A stretch of DNA of 64,000 nt from Chloroflexota bacterium. GTDB taxonomy: Bacteria > Chloroflexota > UBA11872 > UBA12225 > JAJDUF01. The stretch lies in assembly GCA_965214295.1 (NCBI GenBank), contig OZ243944.1:75693-139692 (forward strand), read 5' to 3'. Positions 1 through 9,128 of the stretch are shown here, piece by piece (within the stretch, counting starts at the first letter, position 1; every line of letters begins with the position of its first letter). The notes below the pieces were generated by a model that worked only from the letters and a program-made list of their open reading frames with translations, was not told the origin of the DNA and searched no databases. The position numbers and the translations under genes are program-made.

Positions 1-2
1 AC

Positions 3-155
3 CCGAAACTTGTGTGGTTTGGGGTACTGCCAAGTCGTGAAGCAGCGACTTCTACGGAGGTCGAGCTAAAGAAGCTGGTTGACTCGAACCCGCGGGAAAT
101 CCGCAGAATGGTCATCGGGTTCAAGGACTTGGTGCAAGAGCTGAACTACAGCTAG
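3..155 (+). CDS. 3' end of a probable GIY-YIG nuclease family protein (partial, runs off window)
   Basis: Manual translation PKLVWFGVLPSREAATSTEVELKKLVDSNPREIRR...* resembles the C-terminal helix (LV..E..SR.EA...E..LK) of small GIY-YIG proteins. Confidence 0.5.
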   Translation, partial: PKLVWFGVLPSREAATSTEVELKKLVDSNPREIRRMVIGFKDLVQELNYS

Positions 156-288
156 TATCCCACCGTTACCCGCTCCGTAACCCTGCCTGTTACCCTCATG
201 GGCCTATCCTGCACTGGACAGCGGGATAAATGGCCCGAGCGCGATAATCGGCGGGCCGCCCTGCACGCAAGGGAGGCGAAAACACGCC

Positions 289-1731
289 ATGAATCCACGC
301 CGCACGCAACTGTTCCTAGACGATGAGATCATCGAGCAGACCGTCCGCCTCCAGCGGATTATCCACCAGCCCCGGAAGCACCCCGCTAATCCCCTCTACA
401 CCGTGGGCGCACCCTGGGAAGGCCAAGGGATCGTCTATCTCGCTGGCGTCTACATTGACCCGCAAGACGGCCTCTGGAAAGCCTGGTACGTCACGCTCTA
501 CCCACCGGCCTACCCGGAGATCATCTACGCCATCTGCCTGATTACGTCGCCGGACGGCATCCACTGGACCCGGCCGGAGCTGGACGTGTACCGCGGGCAC
601 AACGGCAAAAAGACCAACATCGTCCTCGATCTGGGCAAGGTCGGCAGTGTCTCGGGGCCGACCATTCTCTACGAGCCGGAACGTGAGCCGACGCCATGGA
701 CGCTCATTCTCAGCGCGTCGGTACACGGAACCGCGGATTACAAGGGCTACATTCTGCGCTCGGCGGACGGCGTGCATTGGGAGTGGGAGCGCCCCATGCC
801 GCACGGCGTCGAGCACGGCATGGGCGACCGCTGCACCGCGCTCAAGGGCACCGATCCGGAGTATCCCTACCTGCTGTTGAGCCGGGGGCTGGCGGACATG
901 CACCAGTGGGGCTTGGTGCGGTCGGTGCATCGGGTGGCGATCAATGCGGAGCGTGCCGCGAGCAGCCCACAGCGCATTCTCACCCCCGACCTCGAAGACG
1001 ACCCGGCGGGGCAGGTGTACCACGCCCACGCCTTCCGGTACGGGGACACCTATGTCGGCCTCTTCCAGTGGTACTGGGAGACCGACGATCCCTACGCCGA
1101 AATGGAGCTAATGACGAGCCGCGACACCATCACGTGGCAGCGGCTGCGTCCCCGCCGAACGTTCCTGCCGCGCGCACCGGGCGGCGCCGCGGCCGGCGCT
1201 TTCGATTGCCAGGCAACGGACACCGCGCTCTCGCCACCGATCCGCACGTCTCATGCCTCCCGCGGCCCCTACCTGATGGGGAGCATGGACACGCTCTGGT
1301 TCTACTATTGGGGTGGGCCGGCCATGCACGGCAAGCGCCACCTGACCTTCGGTCGGGCGCTGGGCCTCGCGCAGTTGCGGGCCGACGGGTTCTGCTCCCT
1401 CCGCGCGCACCGCTTCCCCGGCACGCTGGTCACGAAACCGTTCGTGTGGCCGGGCGGCATCTTGCGGATCAATGCCTCGATAGTAGGCGGTGGGGGCAAC
1501 GGCGGCGTGTGGGTCGAGGTGCTCGACGAGGAGTTGACGCCCATCCCGGGACTGACCCGCGCCGACGCCGACGTCTTCCGCTACCGCGACAGCACCGCGC
1601 ACCCGTACACATGGGAGCAGGATCGCCGGGCTATCGTCAAGATGACCGGGCAACGCATCCGCTTGAAGTTCTACCTGGAGAACGCCGACCTCTACAGCTT
1701 CCATGCGACAGACGGCCGGGAGGGGAGTTGA
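289..1731 (+). CDS. Beta-propeller glycoside-hydrolase-like hypothetical protein (GH32/43-like fold)
   Basis: 480-aa ORF, RBS GGAGG, repeated Asp-box-like S.DG.HW motifs, C-terminal LR.DGF and IRLKFYL...LYSF. Confidence 0.65.
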   Translation: MNPRRTQLFLDDEIIEQTVRLQRIIHQPRKHPANPLYTVGAPWEGQGIVYLAGVYIDPQDGLWKAWYVTLYPPAYPEIIYAICLITSPDGIHWTRPELDVYRGHNGKKTNIVLDLGKVGSVSGPTILYEPEREPTPWTLILSASVHGTADYKGYILRSADGVHWEWERPMPHGVEHGMGDRCTALKGTDPEYPYLLLSRGLADMHQWGLVRSVHRVAINAERAASSPQRILTPDLEDDPAGQVYHAHAFRYGDTYVGLFQWYWETDDPYAEMELMTSRDTITWQRLRPRRTFLPRAPGGAAAGAFDCQATDTALSPPIRTSHASRGPYLMGSMDTLWFYYWGGPAMHGKRHLTFGRALGLAQLRADGFCSLRAHRFPGTLVTKPFVWPGGILRINASIVGGGGNGGVWVEVLDEELTPIPGLTRADADVFRYRDSTAHPYTWEQDRRAIVKMTGQRIRLKFYLENADLYSFHATDGREGS

Positions 1732-1759
1732 AGGGATCGCACTCCGAGGGAGGTGGGGG

Positions 1760-1833
1760 TGCATCCGGAAGGAATCGAACCTTCAACCTTGGGCTTAAGA
1801 GGCCCCTGCTCTGCCTAATTGAGCTACGGATGC
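1760..1833 (-). tRNA. tRNA-Lys(CTT)
   Basis: Minus strand GCATCCG acceptor stem, D arm AGCTCAATTAGGCAGAGC, anticodon loop CT-CTT-AA, T loop GGTTCGATTCC; ends ACCC so CCA not fully encoded. Confidence 0.95.
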
Positions 1834-1888
1834 CTGGCGCGACGCGCTGCTATTCAGATTGTACCAAAACGGGTTCGGGAATGCGTCG

Positions 1889-2701
1889 TCAGCCCTGGTC
1901 AGGAAAGCGATAGCGCAGAAACAGCTCGCTCCCGGCGCGGTACGCCGAGAGCAGCTCTAGCCGGACGAGCGCGAGGGGGGAGAAGCCACCCCTCTCGACA
2001 GCGGTCGTACCGCCGGCGCCACCCTGGATTTTGGGCGCAACGGTGAGGAATAGCTCGTCTACCAGACCCGCCGCGATGAGCCAGGCGTTGGTGCGCGGGC
2101 CACCCAGGCAGACCAGCCGTTGTACGCCCCAATCGTGTCGGAGCGTGGCGAGCACCTCATGGGCGTCCAGCGCAACGCTGCCGGCTGCCCCTAGCCGGAT
2201 CACCTGTACCCGCTCATCAAGCGCGGCAACTTGGCTGCGGCTGGCAGCCCTCGATACGATGGCGGCCAAGTTGGTCCGATCCGTGCGGAAGAAGGGGGCG
2301 TCCAAGGACATTTCGCCCCGCCGGCTCACGACTATCCACAGCGGCCGCGGGCACAAGCCTCGTTCCTGCCGCTCCTGCTGGGTCGCGGGTGTAATCTGGG
2401 GATAGCGCAACCCGTCCGCCCGTACCGTGCCAGCGCCCCCGAGAATCGCATCGGCTTGCAGGTTGATCCGCGCCATGAGCGCGTGGTCAATGTCGCTACC
2501 GATCAGTTTTGTCGTCCCGGCGCCTCCGACGACCACCTTGCCGTCGATAGTGGTGACCATATTCATCGCCACGTAAGGGCGGTCGGCGCTCCTCGCGGCG
2601 GGCCAGCGCAGATCGGCATAGACCGCGCTGAAGGGGACGGGACCAGGTAGAGCAGCAGTCACCCGGTCGAACAGGCGATAGACCTCCGCAGACGTATCCA
2701 T
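1889..2701 (-). CDS. RibD C-terminal domain / dihydrofolate reductase family protein
   Basis: RPYV.NMVTTIDGK, DAILGGAGTVRAD, LGGPRTN..L...LVDELFLTVAPKI.GG; start chosen at MDTSA. Confidence 0.85.
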   Translation of the reverse strand: MDTSAEVYRLFDRVTAALPGPVPFSAVYADLRWPAARSADRPYVAMNMVTTIDGKVVVGGAGTTKLIGSDIDHALMARINLQADAILGGAGTVRADGLRYPQITPATQQERQERGLCPRPLWIVVSRRGEMSLDAPFFRTDRTNLAAIVSRAASRSQVAALDERVQVIRLGAAGSVALDAHEVLATLRHDWGVQRLVCLGGPRTNAWLIAAGLVDELFLTVAPKIQGGAGGTTAVERGGFSPLALVRLELLSAYRAGSELFLRYRFPDQG

Positions 2702-2892
2702 TGTCGTGGGCAATCGGCGACCGCTGAAGACTATTGTAGCCAACACCTACGACGGGGGTCCTCCGGCGACCCGACCGCGCCACCTCAACCGCTCCAGCGG
2801 CGCGCTCGCCGGGAGGCCGTGCAACCTGGCACAATAACCGCGGCAGTAGTGTACTGGGTCGCTCTGCCAGGAAGGGCAGGATCACAAGCATT

Positions 2893-3537
2893 ATGTGGCT
2901 GGTACGGTTTGTCGTCACCGCGTCGCTCACCTACGTCCTCGGCGCCATCCCCACCGGGCTACTTGTCGGTCGTCTCTACGGTGGGATTGACGTGCGTAAC
3001 TACGGCAGTCGCAGCACCGGCGCCACAAACGTGCTCCGCACGCTGGGACCGGGCGCCTCGTTGTGCGTTGCGGCGGCCGACTTTCTGAAGGGTCTCTTGG
3101 CGGTGCTGCTCATCCGCCAGCTCTATCCTCAGCAGCGTTGGATGCACGGGCTGGCAGCCTTCTCTGCGGCCGTCGGCCACAACTGGCCCCTGTTCGCCGG
3201 ATTTCGTGGCGGCAAGGGCGTGCTGACGTCGCTTGGCGGCCTCATACTGCTGCATCCGCCGACGACATGTGCTGTTGTGGGCGTCGGTGTGCTCGTACTC
3301 TGGCGGACACGGTATGCCTCCCTCGCGTCACTCAGCGGCGCGATAGTGGCCGTGGTGTCTCTTGTGGGGGCCGCACTACGCCGGAACGTCCCGACCGCCT
3401 ACGCCGTGTGGGGATTGGCGAGCGCAGCGTTGGTGGTGCTGCGACACCACGAGAATATCTCGCGCCTGCTCGCCGGCACCGAGCGCCGGCTTGGCGAGCG
3501 GGCGGCCAGCCCGTCCGACACACAGGCGCCGCAGTGA
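2893..3537 (+). CDS. plsY: Glycerol-3-phosphate acyltransferase PlsY
   Basis: GAIPTG, DVRNYGS.STGATNV.R, GHNWP.F.GFRGGKGV, RH.ENI.RL..GTE motifs. Confidence 0.95.
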   Translation: MWLVRFVVTASLTYVLGAIPTGLLVGRLYGGIDVRNYGSRSTGATNVLRTLGPGASLCVAAADFLKGLLAVLLIRQLYPQQRWMHGLAAFSAAVGHNWPLFAGFRGGKGVLTSLGGLILLHPPTTCAVVGVGVLVLWRTRYASLASLSGAIVAVVSLVGAALRRNVPTAYAVWGLASAALVVLRHHENISRLLAGTERRLGERAASPSDTQAPQ

Positions 3538-3603
3538 GCAGGGGCGAGACTCGCCGTTCGCGTTGACGCACTCCTCTGTCGTATTGGAGCATTCGCGACG
3601 ACT

Positions 3604-3873
3604 GTGCAGGCGAGACTGCACCACCTTATCGAGCAACTGCCTGAAACCGAGCTTCACGCGGCCTTGCGGTTCCTAGAGTATTTGCGTCAGACCAGCGCCG
3701 ATGCCGATCCTGTCTTGCAAGCGCTGCTCGCGGCACCACCTGACGACGAGGCGTTGAGCCAAGAGGAGATCGCGCAATCGGATGCCGCTTGGGAGTCCTA
3801 TGTGACCGGACGTGATCGTGGCCAGCGGTTAGACACGATGCACCAAGGGCTACTTGGAGAGGAACGTGCCTGA
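3604..3873 (+). CDS. Putative antitoxin
   Basis: Small acidic ORF (LHHLIEQLPE..L..A.RFLEYL, APPDDEAL) overlapping a RelE-like gene. Confidence 0.7.
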   Translation: MQARLHHLIEQLPETELHAALRFLEYLRQTSADADPVLQALLAAPPDDEALSQEEIAQSDAAWESYVTGRDRGQRLDTMHQGLLGEERA

Positions 3874-4126
3874 ATGGCACGTCACTCTGCTGCGTCCGGA
3901 TCGACGCTATCTCGACCGTCTCGCGCGAGACGAGCAGGAACGTATCCTTGACCCACTTGCCCGACTAGAACACGACCCCTTCACAGCGGGGATCAAGTCA
4001 CTTACCGGCCGTGGGGAGTGGAGTCTTCACGTCGGGAGTCGGCGTGTACTCCTGCGACTTGATCGTACCCAGCACCAACTGGTCGTGACGCGCATCGGCC
4101 CACGAGGAGACATCTACAGACACTAA
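3866..4126 (+). CDS. RelE/ParE family toxin
   Basis: IKSLTGRGEWSLHVG.RRVL, VVTRIGPRGDIY; GTG start overlaps antitoxin stop. Confidence 0.8.
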   Translation: MPEWHVTLLRPDRRYLDRLARDEQERILDPLARLEHDPFTAGIKSLTGRGEWSLHVGSRRVLLRLDRTQHQLVVTRIGPRGDIYRH

Positions 4127-4153
4127 GGCGCCCCGGTCACAGGAGCAGCACCG

Positions 4154-5113
4154 TCAGCCGGCGGCTGCGCTGACGGGCGCCGTGCCGTAGACCGGGGTAC
4201 ACCATTCCGCCGAGCGCGTATGGCAGCCGCGCACGAGGTCGTGGAACAGGTGCTCGATCCGGGTCGTGATGGGGCCGATACCGCCAGTACCGATACGGTA
4301 GCCGTCTACCGAGCCAACGGGAGTCACCTCCGCTCCCGTCCCACAGTAGAACACCTCGTCTGCGATATACAGCTCGGTGCGGTCCACCTCGCGCTCGGCC
4401 ACCGGGATGTCCAGCTCTTCCGCGCAGAGGCGCAAGAGCGTGCGGCGGGTAATGCTCTCCAGAATGCCGCTCGTCGTACTCGGCGTAATCGCCACGCCGT
4501 CGCGGACGATGAATAGGCACGACGCCGGCCCCTCGGTGACTTTCCCGTCGGCATTGAGCAGGATCGGCTGGTCGTAGCCGTGCCGGTTGGCCTCGATCAG
4601 CGCGATGCGGCTGTTCTGGTAGTTGGAGATGCACTTGATCCGCGGCGAGAGCGAGTTATCCGAAACGCGCGTCCACGAGCTGACTCCGGCCTTGAGCACG
4701 GTCCCGGTGCCCAAGACGGTATCGAACGGCTTGGTCCAAATCAGTACACTGGTACGACTGTCTTCCAGGGTGCCGAACCAGTCGGCATCGGCATGGTAGG
4801 CCAGCGGACGAACGTAGACATCGCCACGATGATTGTTGGCCTGCAACACGTCCAAGGCCGCCGCCGCCAAGTCCTGGGGGCTGTACGGGACGGACATGCG
4901 CTGCATCTTCATGGAGTCGGCCAGCCGCTCGAAGTGCTCCAAGAACTGCCAGCCGTAGAGCTGCTCGTGGTCGGCATTCCAGTACGCCTTGATCCCCTCG
5001 AACACACCGCCCATCGTGGACCAGCCCAGGAGACTGACATGTACCGTCGCTTGCTCCCAGGGCAGCAACTCACCATCAAGCCAGAGATACGCCGGACGAC
5101 CGGAAGTGCTCAT
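4154..5113 (-). CDS. ilvE: Branched-chain amino acid aminotransferase (class IV PLP)
   Basis: GVFEGIKAY, RIK.ISNY.NS, EGP....FIV, GILESITR, DEVFYCGTGAEVTP. Confidence 0.9.
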   Translation of the reverse strand: MSTSGRPAYLWLDGELLPWEQATVHVSLLGWSTMGGVFEGIKAYWNADHEQLYGWQFLEHFERLADSMKMQRMSVPYSPQDLAAAALDVLQANNHRGDVYVRPLAYHADADWFGTLEDSRTSVLIWTKPFDTVLGTGTVLKAGVSSWTRVSDNSLSPRIKCISNYQNSRIALIEANRHGYDQPILLNADGKVTEGPASCLFIVRDGVAITPSTTSGILESITRRTLLRLCAEELDIPVAEREVDRTELYIADEVFYCGTGAEVTPVGSVDGYRIGTGGIGPITTRIEHLFHDLVRGCHTRSAEWCTPVYGTAPVSAAAG

Positions 5114-5306
5114 TGTGTACCGCTCCTCTGCTGTTTATCGCGCTATGCCTGCCAGACTGTAGCGAGGTCAGCGCAACCGGTCAAGGAGTCACCGCATTTA
5201 CGGCCGTCAAGCGCGGCATCCGGCGGTGCCGCCGCCGGGCGCGGTACACTACCGCCAGCGCGGCGCTAGTGCAGCGATCCCACCTCCACACATGGGAGGT
5301 CGTTCC

Positions 5307-6164
5307 ATGCCCAACGCGATCTACTACAGCGATAACCTGCCGATTCTCGAAGCACTGCCGAGCGAGTCGGTAGACCTGATCTACATTGATCCGCCCTTCA
5401 ACACCGGCACCACACAGATCCGCACCCAACTCAAGACCGTCCGCAGCGAGACCGGCGACCGCACCGGCTTTCAGGGCCGGCGCTACGAGACGACCAGGCG
5501 GGGCACCAAGTCCTTTGCCGATCAGTTCGACGACTACCTCTCCTTCCTCCGGCCGCGCCTGGTCGAAGCCTATCGCGTGCTCACGCCGACCGGCTCGCTC
5601 TACTTCCACATTGACTACCGCGAAGTCCACTACTGCAAGGTGCTGCTCGATGACATTTTCGGGCGCGAGTGCTTCCTGAACGAGATTATCTGGGCCTACG
5701 ACTACGGCGCCCGCACGCGCAAGAAGTGGCCGGCCAAGCACGACAACATCCTGCTCTACGTCAAGGATCCCGGCTGCTACACCTTCAACGTAGAGGACAT
5801 TGACCGCATCCCCTACATGGCACCGGGGCTAGTCGGGCCGGAGAAAGCGGCGAAAGGGAAGCTGCCCACCGATACGTGGTGGCACACGATTGTCAGCCCG
5901 AACGGCAAGGAGAAGACCGGCTACCCGACGCAGAAGCCCCTCGGCATCCTGGAACGGATCATCCGCGCCTCCTCGCACCCCGGCGACGTGGTGCTGGACT
6001 TTTTCGCCGGCAGCGGCACGACCGGCGTCGCCGCAGCCCGGCTCGGCCGCTCATTCATCCTGATCGACAACAACGCGGAGTCCCTGCGCGTCATGCGTGC
6101 CCGACTGGCCGTCTCTCCCGCGACGTTCGTGGAGCGACACAGTCCACACAGCATGACAAGTTAG
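5307..6164 (+). CDS. Orphan site-specific DNA methyltransferase (N6/N4, beta class)
   Basis: DLIYIDPPF before YPTQKP and VLDFFAGSGTT; RBS GGAGG; no adjacent endonuclease. Confidence 0.9.
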   Translation: MPNAIYYSDNLPILEALPSESVDLIYIDPPFNTGTTQIRTQLKTVRSETGDRTGFQGRRYETTRRGTKSFADQFDDYLSFLRPRLVEAYRVLTPTGSLYFHIDYREVHYCKVLLDDIFGRECFLNEIIWAYDYGARTRKKWPAKHDNILLYVKDPGCYTFNVEDIDRIPYMAPGLVGPEKAAKGKLPTDTWWHTIVSPNGKEKTGYPTQKPLGILERIIRASSHPGDVVLDFFAGSGTTGVAAARLGRSFILIDNNAESLRVMRARLAVSPATFVERHSPHSMTS

Positions 6165-6222
6165 CACCACTGCACTGTTTGCTATCATATGTGGTGTAAC
6201 CCCCGGCACGTATACGTGCCGG

Positions 6223-6255
6223 ACGGCCAGTTCTTGGGACTGGCCGTTTCTTTTT
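6223..6255 (+). terminator. Intrinsic terminator-like hairpin
   Basis: ACGGCCAGTTC-TTG-GGACTGGCCGT followed by TTCTTTTT. Confidence 0.6.
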
Positions 6256-6462
6256 GGTCACTCCCGCCACACACCGCAGCGCGAGGAGCCGCTAGACGGC
6301 AGGTGGCCGATGAGCACCATACGATCCCGGATCACTTCAACGGGCCATTCCTGGCACAGGCACAGTTCCCGACACGTGTCCCCGATGGCCAGGGCGGGTT
6401 CATCACCAAGCCCACCGAATGGCCTTAGCTCCACCCGTGTCGCGCAGAGGTAGGAGAGGCTC

Positions 6463-6693
6463 GTGATCTACTTTCTGCTCAGTACCACCTCCGGCACTTT
6501 GCTAGCTGATTTCGATACCGAGGAAACAGCGCTGCAGGTTGTGGCCGCCCAGGTCGCCCGGGATAACCGGGCCTTCGCAGCGAGCTTGGCTCTCGGCGCT
6601 GAAGATGAAGACGGGGAAATCCATGCCCTTGCCCAAGGCGGAGCGCTCATCGCACGTGCTCTCGCGGCCGCAGCGGACCGCGTCGCGGTGTAG
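6463..6693 (+). CDS. Small acidic hypothetical protein (paralog 1)
   Basis: RBS GGAGAGG, GTG start; paralogous to the next ORF (LLADFD.E..ALQ, ALIARALAAAADRVAV). Confidence 0.7.
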   Translation: MIYFLLSTTSGTLLADFDTEETALQVVAAQVARDNRAFAASLALGAEDEDGEIHALAQGGALIARALAAAADRVAV

Positions 6694-6719
6694 CGTGCCA
6701 CGGGAGGTATACTAGGGTT

Positions 6720-6968
6720 ATGATCTATGAGTTGTGGTCCGGAGCGTCGGCCAACCTCCTCGCCGACTTTGATCCCGAAGCGGAGGCCCTGCAGACCATC
6801 GCGGATACGATTGCCGAGCGCGGTCGCGTGGCAGCGGAGGACCTGGGCCTGTTGGCTGTAGACGAAACCAAGTCCGACGATGACGAGTCGGCAGTGATCT
6901 TCCTCGCCGAGGGCGAAGCGCTCATCGCACGTGCTCTCGCGGCCGCAGCGGATCGTGTCGCAGTGTAG
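6720..6968 (+). CDS. Small acidic hypothetical protein (paralog 2)
   Basis: RBS GGAGG; C-terminus identical to 6463-6693. Confidence 0.7.
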   Translation: MIYELWSGASANLLADFDPEAEALQTIADTIAERGRVAAEDLGLLAVDETKSDDDESAVIFLAEGEALIARALAAAADRVAV

Positions 6969-6994
6969 CGTGCCACCGGAATGAGAGCCATGCT

Positions 6995-7027
6995 CCCTCT
7001 CCCCGTGGGAGAGGGTTGGGGTGAGGG
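6995..7027. repeat. CCCTCTCCC..GGGAGAGGG REP-like palindrome (related copies near 27872, 33045, 37229, 50904)
   Basis: Intergenic hairpin recurring across the window. Confidence 0.75.
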
Positions 7028-7046
7028 CAGCCGGGGATTAGGCTGC

Positions 7047-7997
7047 CTAGCCCGCGAGGCGGCGCAGCGCCGCCAGGTTGGGCGCATCCGGCCCCTTCTT
7101 GTCGAAGCCCGGCACTTCCAGGACGAACGGGAGTCCCCGCAACGCCGGGTGGGCGAGCACCGCTGCAAAATCCGTCTCGCCAATCGTGCCGCAGCCGATG
7201 TTTTCGTGGCGGTCGCGGTTCGTGCCGAACGGCACCTTGGAATCGTTGGCATGCACCAAGCGCAGCCGCGACAGTCCCACCGTCTGCTCGCAGACTGCCA
7301 CCGTCTCTTCGAGCGAGGCGGTCTGTCGCACGACGGTACGGCGCGACTTCTTGGGCGGCGCTGCGTCGGTCGCCGCCGGCGCCCCGGCCGACTGGTGGGC
7401 GCGGGGCGTCAAGCTGTAGCCGGCGGCGTGCATGTGGCACGTGTCGAGGCAGATGCCCACCCGGGGATCGTGATCGAGGCGCTCCAGCAGCCCGGCTAGC
7501 TCCTCGAACGTGCGCCCGAGGGTGGTGCCTTGACCGGCGCACGTCTCCAGCAGCAGCTCGACCGCACCGGCATCGTCTGCGGTCGCATCGAGACACTGAC
7601 GCAGCGCCCCGGCCGCGCGATCCAACGCTTCAGGCACCGATTGACCCTTGGCCGCGCCAGGATGAATCACGATTCCCGATACGCCCAAGCGCGCCGCAAT
7701 GCGGAACTCGTCGGTCAGTGCATTAAGACTGTTCCGGTAGATACGCTCATCGAGGGACGCAAAGTTCATCAAGTAGATGCCGTGGATGAAGGCCGGGCCA
7801 AGCTCGCGCTCCGCACACGCGGCGCGAAACTTGCCCACTGCCGCGTCCTTGTGGTTGGGCGTGCGCCAGCCGGAGGGGCTACGGGCAAAGAGCTGAATTG
7901 GTCCGGCGCGCAGGCCGATCCGGTCGGCATGGGCGCTGGCCTTGTTCACGCCACCATTGAGGTGTGCGCCAATCCGGACATGCTCACGTGCTGCCAT
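7047..7997 (-). CDS. nfo: Endonuclease IV
   Basis: IGAH, QLF.RSP..W, HGIYLMN, HPG, LLET.AGQG, CLDTCH, HANDSK, DRHENIG.G.IG. Confidence 0.93.
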   Translation of the reverse strand: MAAREHVRIGAHLNGGVNKASAHADRIGLRAGPIQLFARSPSGWRTPNHKDAAVGKFRAACAERELGPAFIHGIYLMNFASLDERIYRNSLNALTDEFRIAARLGVSGIVIHPGAAKGQSVPEALDRAAGALRQCLDATADDAGAVELLLETCAGQGTTLGRTFEELAGLLERLDHDPRVGICLDTCHMHAAGYSLTPRAHQSAGAPAATDAAPPKKSRRTVVRQTASLEETVAVCEQTVGLSRLRLVHANDSKVPFGTNRDRHENIGCGTIGETDFAAVLAHPALRGLPFVLEVPGFDKKGPDAPNLAALRRLAG

Positions 7998-8118
7998 CTT
8001 TCGTCATCCCCTCAGTGCGGCGCGGCAGCGGCGCGCTCCCCGCCTGGGCAACGGCGCTGCTCAGTTCCCTAACGGGCAATCGGAGCGCCGGTAGCGGGCG
8101 GACAAGCGCAACGTGATG

Positions 8119-8340
8119 CTACCCGCCGGTAAACAGGTCCAGGACGTTGCCGAGCGTCGAGGTGTCGCCCTTATACAGCTCGGTGTAACCGCAGTCCTGG
8201 CACGATACGGTCATGAATTTCTTGTTCTGCACGTCGAATATCTTGGCCAGATTGCCGCCCGTGGCCCGGAATTCGTCCGTTTCGTAGTCGTTACTGCCGC
8301 ACTTGGCACAGACGTAGGCGGTTTGTCCGGGAGTGCTCAT
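8119..8340 (-). CDS. Zinc-ribbon domain protein (DUF2082-like)
   Basis: C.KCG ... KIFDVQNKKF..VSC..CGYTELY; RBS GGAGG. Confidence 0.85.
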   Translation of the reverse strand: MSTPGQTAYVCAKCGSNDYETDEFRATGGNLAKIFDVQNKKFMTVSCQDCGYTELYKGDTSTLGNVLDLFTGG

Positions 8341-8419
8341 GTGGGTTTATCCTCCTATAGGGAGTCTAGCCGCTAGGAGGCTGGGGACCAAAGCTGGCGG
8401 GAAACGTGCCGCCGGGAGG

Positions 8420-8579
8420 AAAGCAGAAAGCCGCCACCCCGCAGGATGGCGGCGCATCTGGACCCCGCCCCGTAGGACGGCAGTGCATTTGGTGGACTTT
8501 TAACCTTGTTAACGGTTGGTAGTGCCGCTGGAGCGACACATCCCTAACTCCCCGCTCTCCCATCGGCACCACTGCTGCC
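8420..8579 (-). ncRNA. tracrRNA
   Basis: Anti-repeat at 8508-8573 complementary to the repeat, upstream promoter, downstream hairpins and terminator (stem 8430-8453 plus U-rich tail); ends approximate. Confidence 0.82.
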
Positions 8580-8585
8580 GGGCAG

Positions 8586-8614
8586 ACTTTAGCACAGGTC
8601 CACCCTAGCGGCAA
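8586..8614 (-). promoter_or_regulatory. tracrRNA promoter
   Basis: -35 TTGCCG, 17 bp, extended -10 TG-C-TAAAGT. Confidence 0.7.
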
Positions 8615-8736
8615 GCACGGTAGTAGCTGGCAAAAACGGCGCCGCGCCCCCTGTTCCGGGTGTGCCGGAGACAATTTCCCGCCCCAGGAGCAACCACAAC
8701 TACCAGAGAGGAACCTGGCTGCTAGTCCTGCCATCT

Positions 8737-8838
8737 AGTGTAGCCGATGGGAGAACGGGGAGCAACCGCAACTTTGCCGCCGCTCGTGAGTGGGCGATTG
8801 AGAGTGTAGCCGATGGGAGAACGGGGAGCAACCGCAAC
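8737..8838 (-). CRISPR. Type II-C mini-array: two identical 36-bp repeats (R1 8737-8772, R2 8803-8838) and one 30-bp spacer
   Basis: Repeat AGTGTAGCCGATGGGAGAACGGGGAGCAACCGCAAC (crRNA sense GTTGCGG...GCTACACT); spacer TTTGCCGCCGCTCGTGAGTGGGCGATTGAG. Confidence 0.92.
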
Positions 8839-8840
8839 CA

Positions 8841-9113
8841 CTAAAACAGCTTGATCCACGCAGCCGCAGCAGCAACGGCCGCGATCACCACACCGGCCAG
8901 GGCTACACTGGCTAGGATCAGTTTCCACGTCAGCGCATTGATTGCGCGTTCCAGGTCCGCCTTGGTCGCCAGATGCGGCAGGTGTGCTTGCACCGCCGCT
9001 AGGCCAACTTCCAACTGCCCCAGACGGCCTTCTACCTTGTCTAGGCGGTCGTCTACTCGCGTGTGCCAGCCCACGTCCGCGGCCGTTTCCGGTTCCGTCT
9101 CGGTAATCATCAC
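8841..9113 (-). CDS. Coiled-coil protein with C-terminal membrane anchor (DUF1640/CCDC90-like)
   Basis: Heptads, LATKADL motif, hydrophobic C-terminus; stop codon 2 nt from R2. Confidence 0.75.
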   Translation of the reverse strand: MMITETEPETAADVGWHTRVDDRLDKVEGRLGQLEVGLAAVQAHLPHLATKADLERAINALTWKLILASVALAGVVIAAVAAAAAWIKLF

Positions 9114-9128
9114 GCTTCCCTCACGCTA

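Noticed and set aside
1-1833. tRNA-Lys as an island attachment site
   Set aside because: No duplicated tRNA 3' end or integrase visible in the window.
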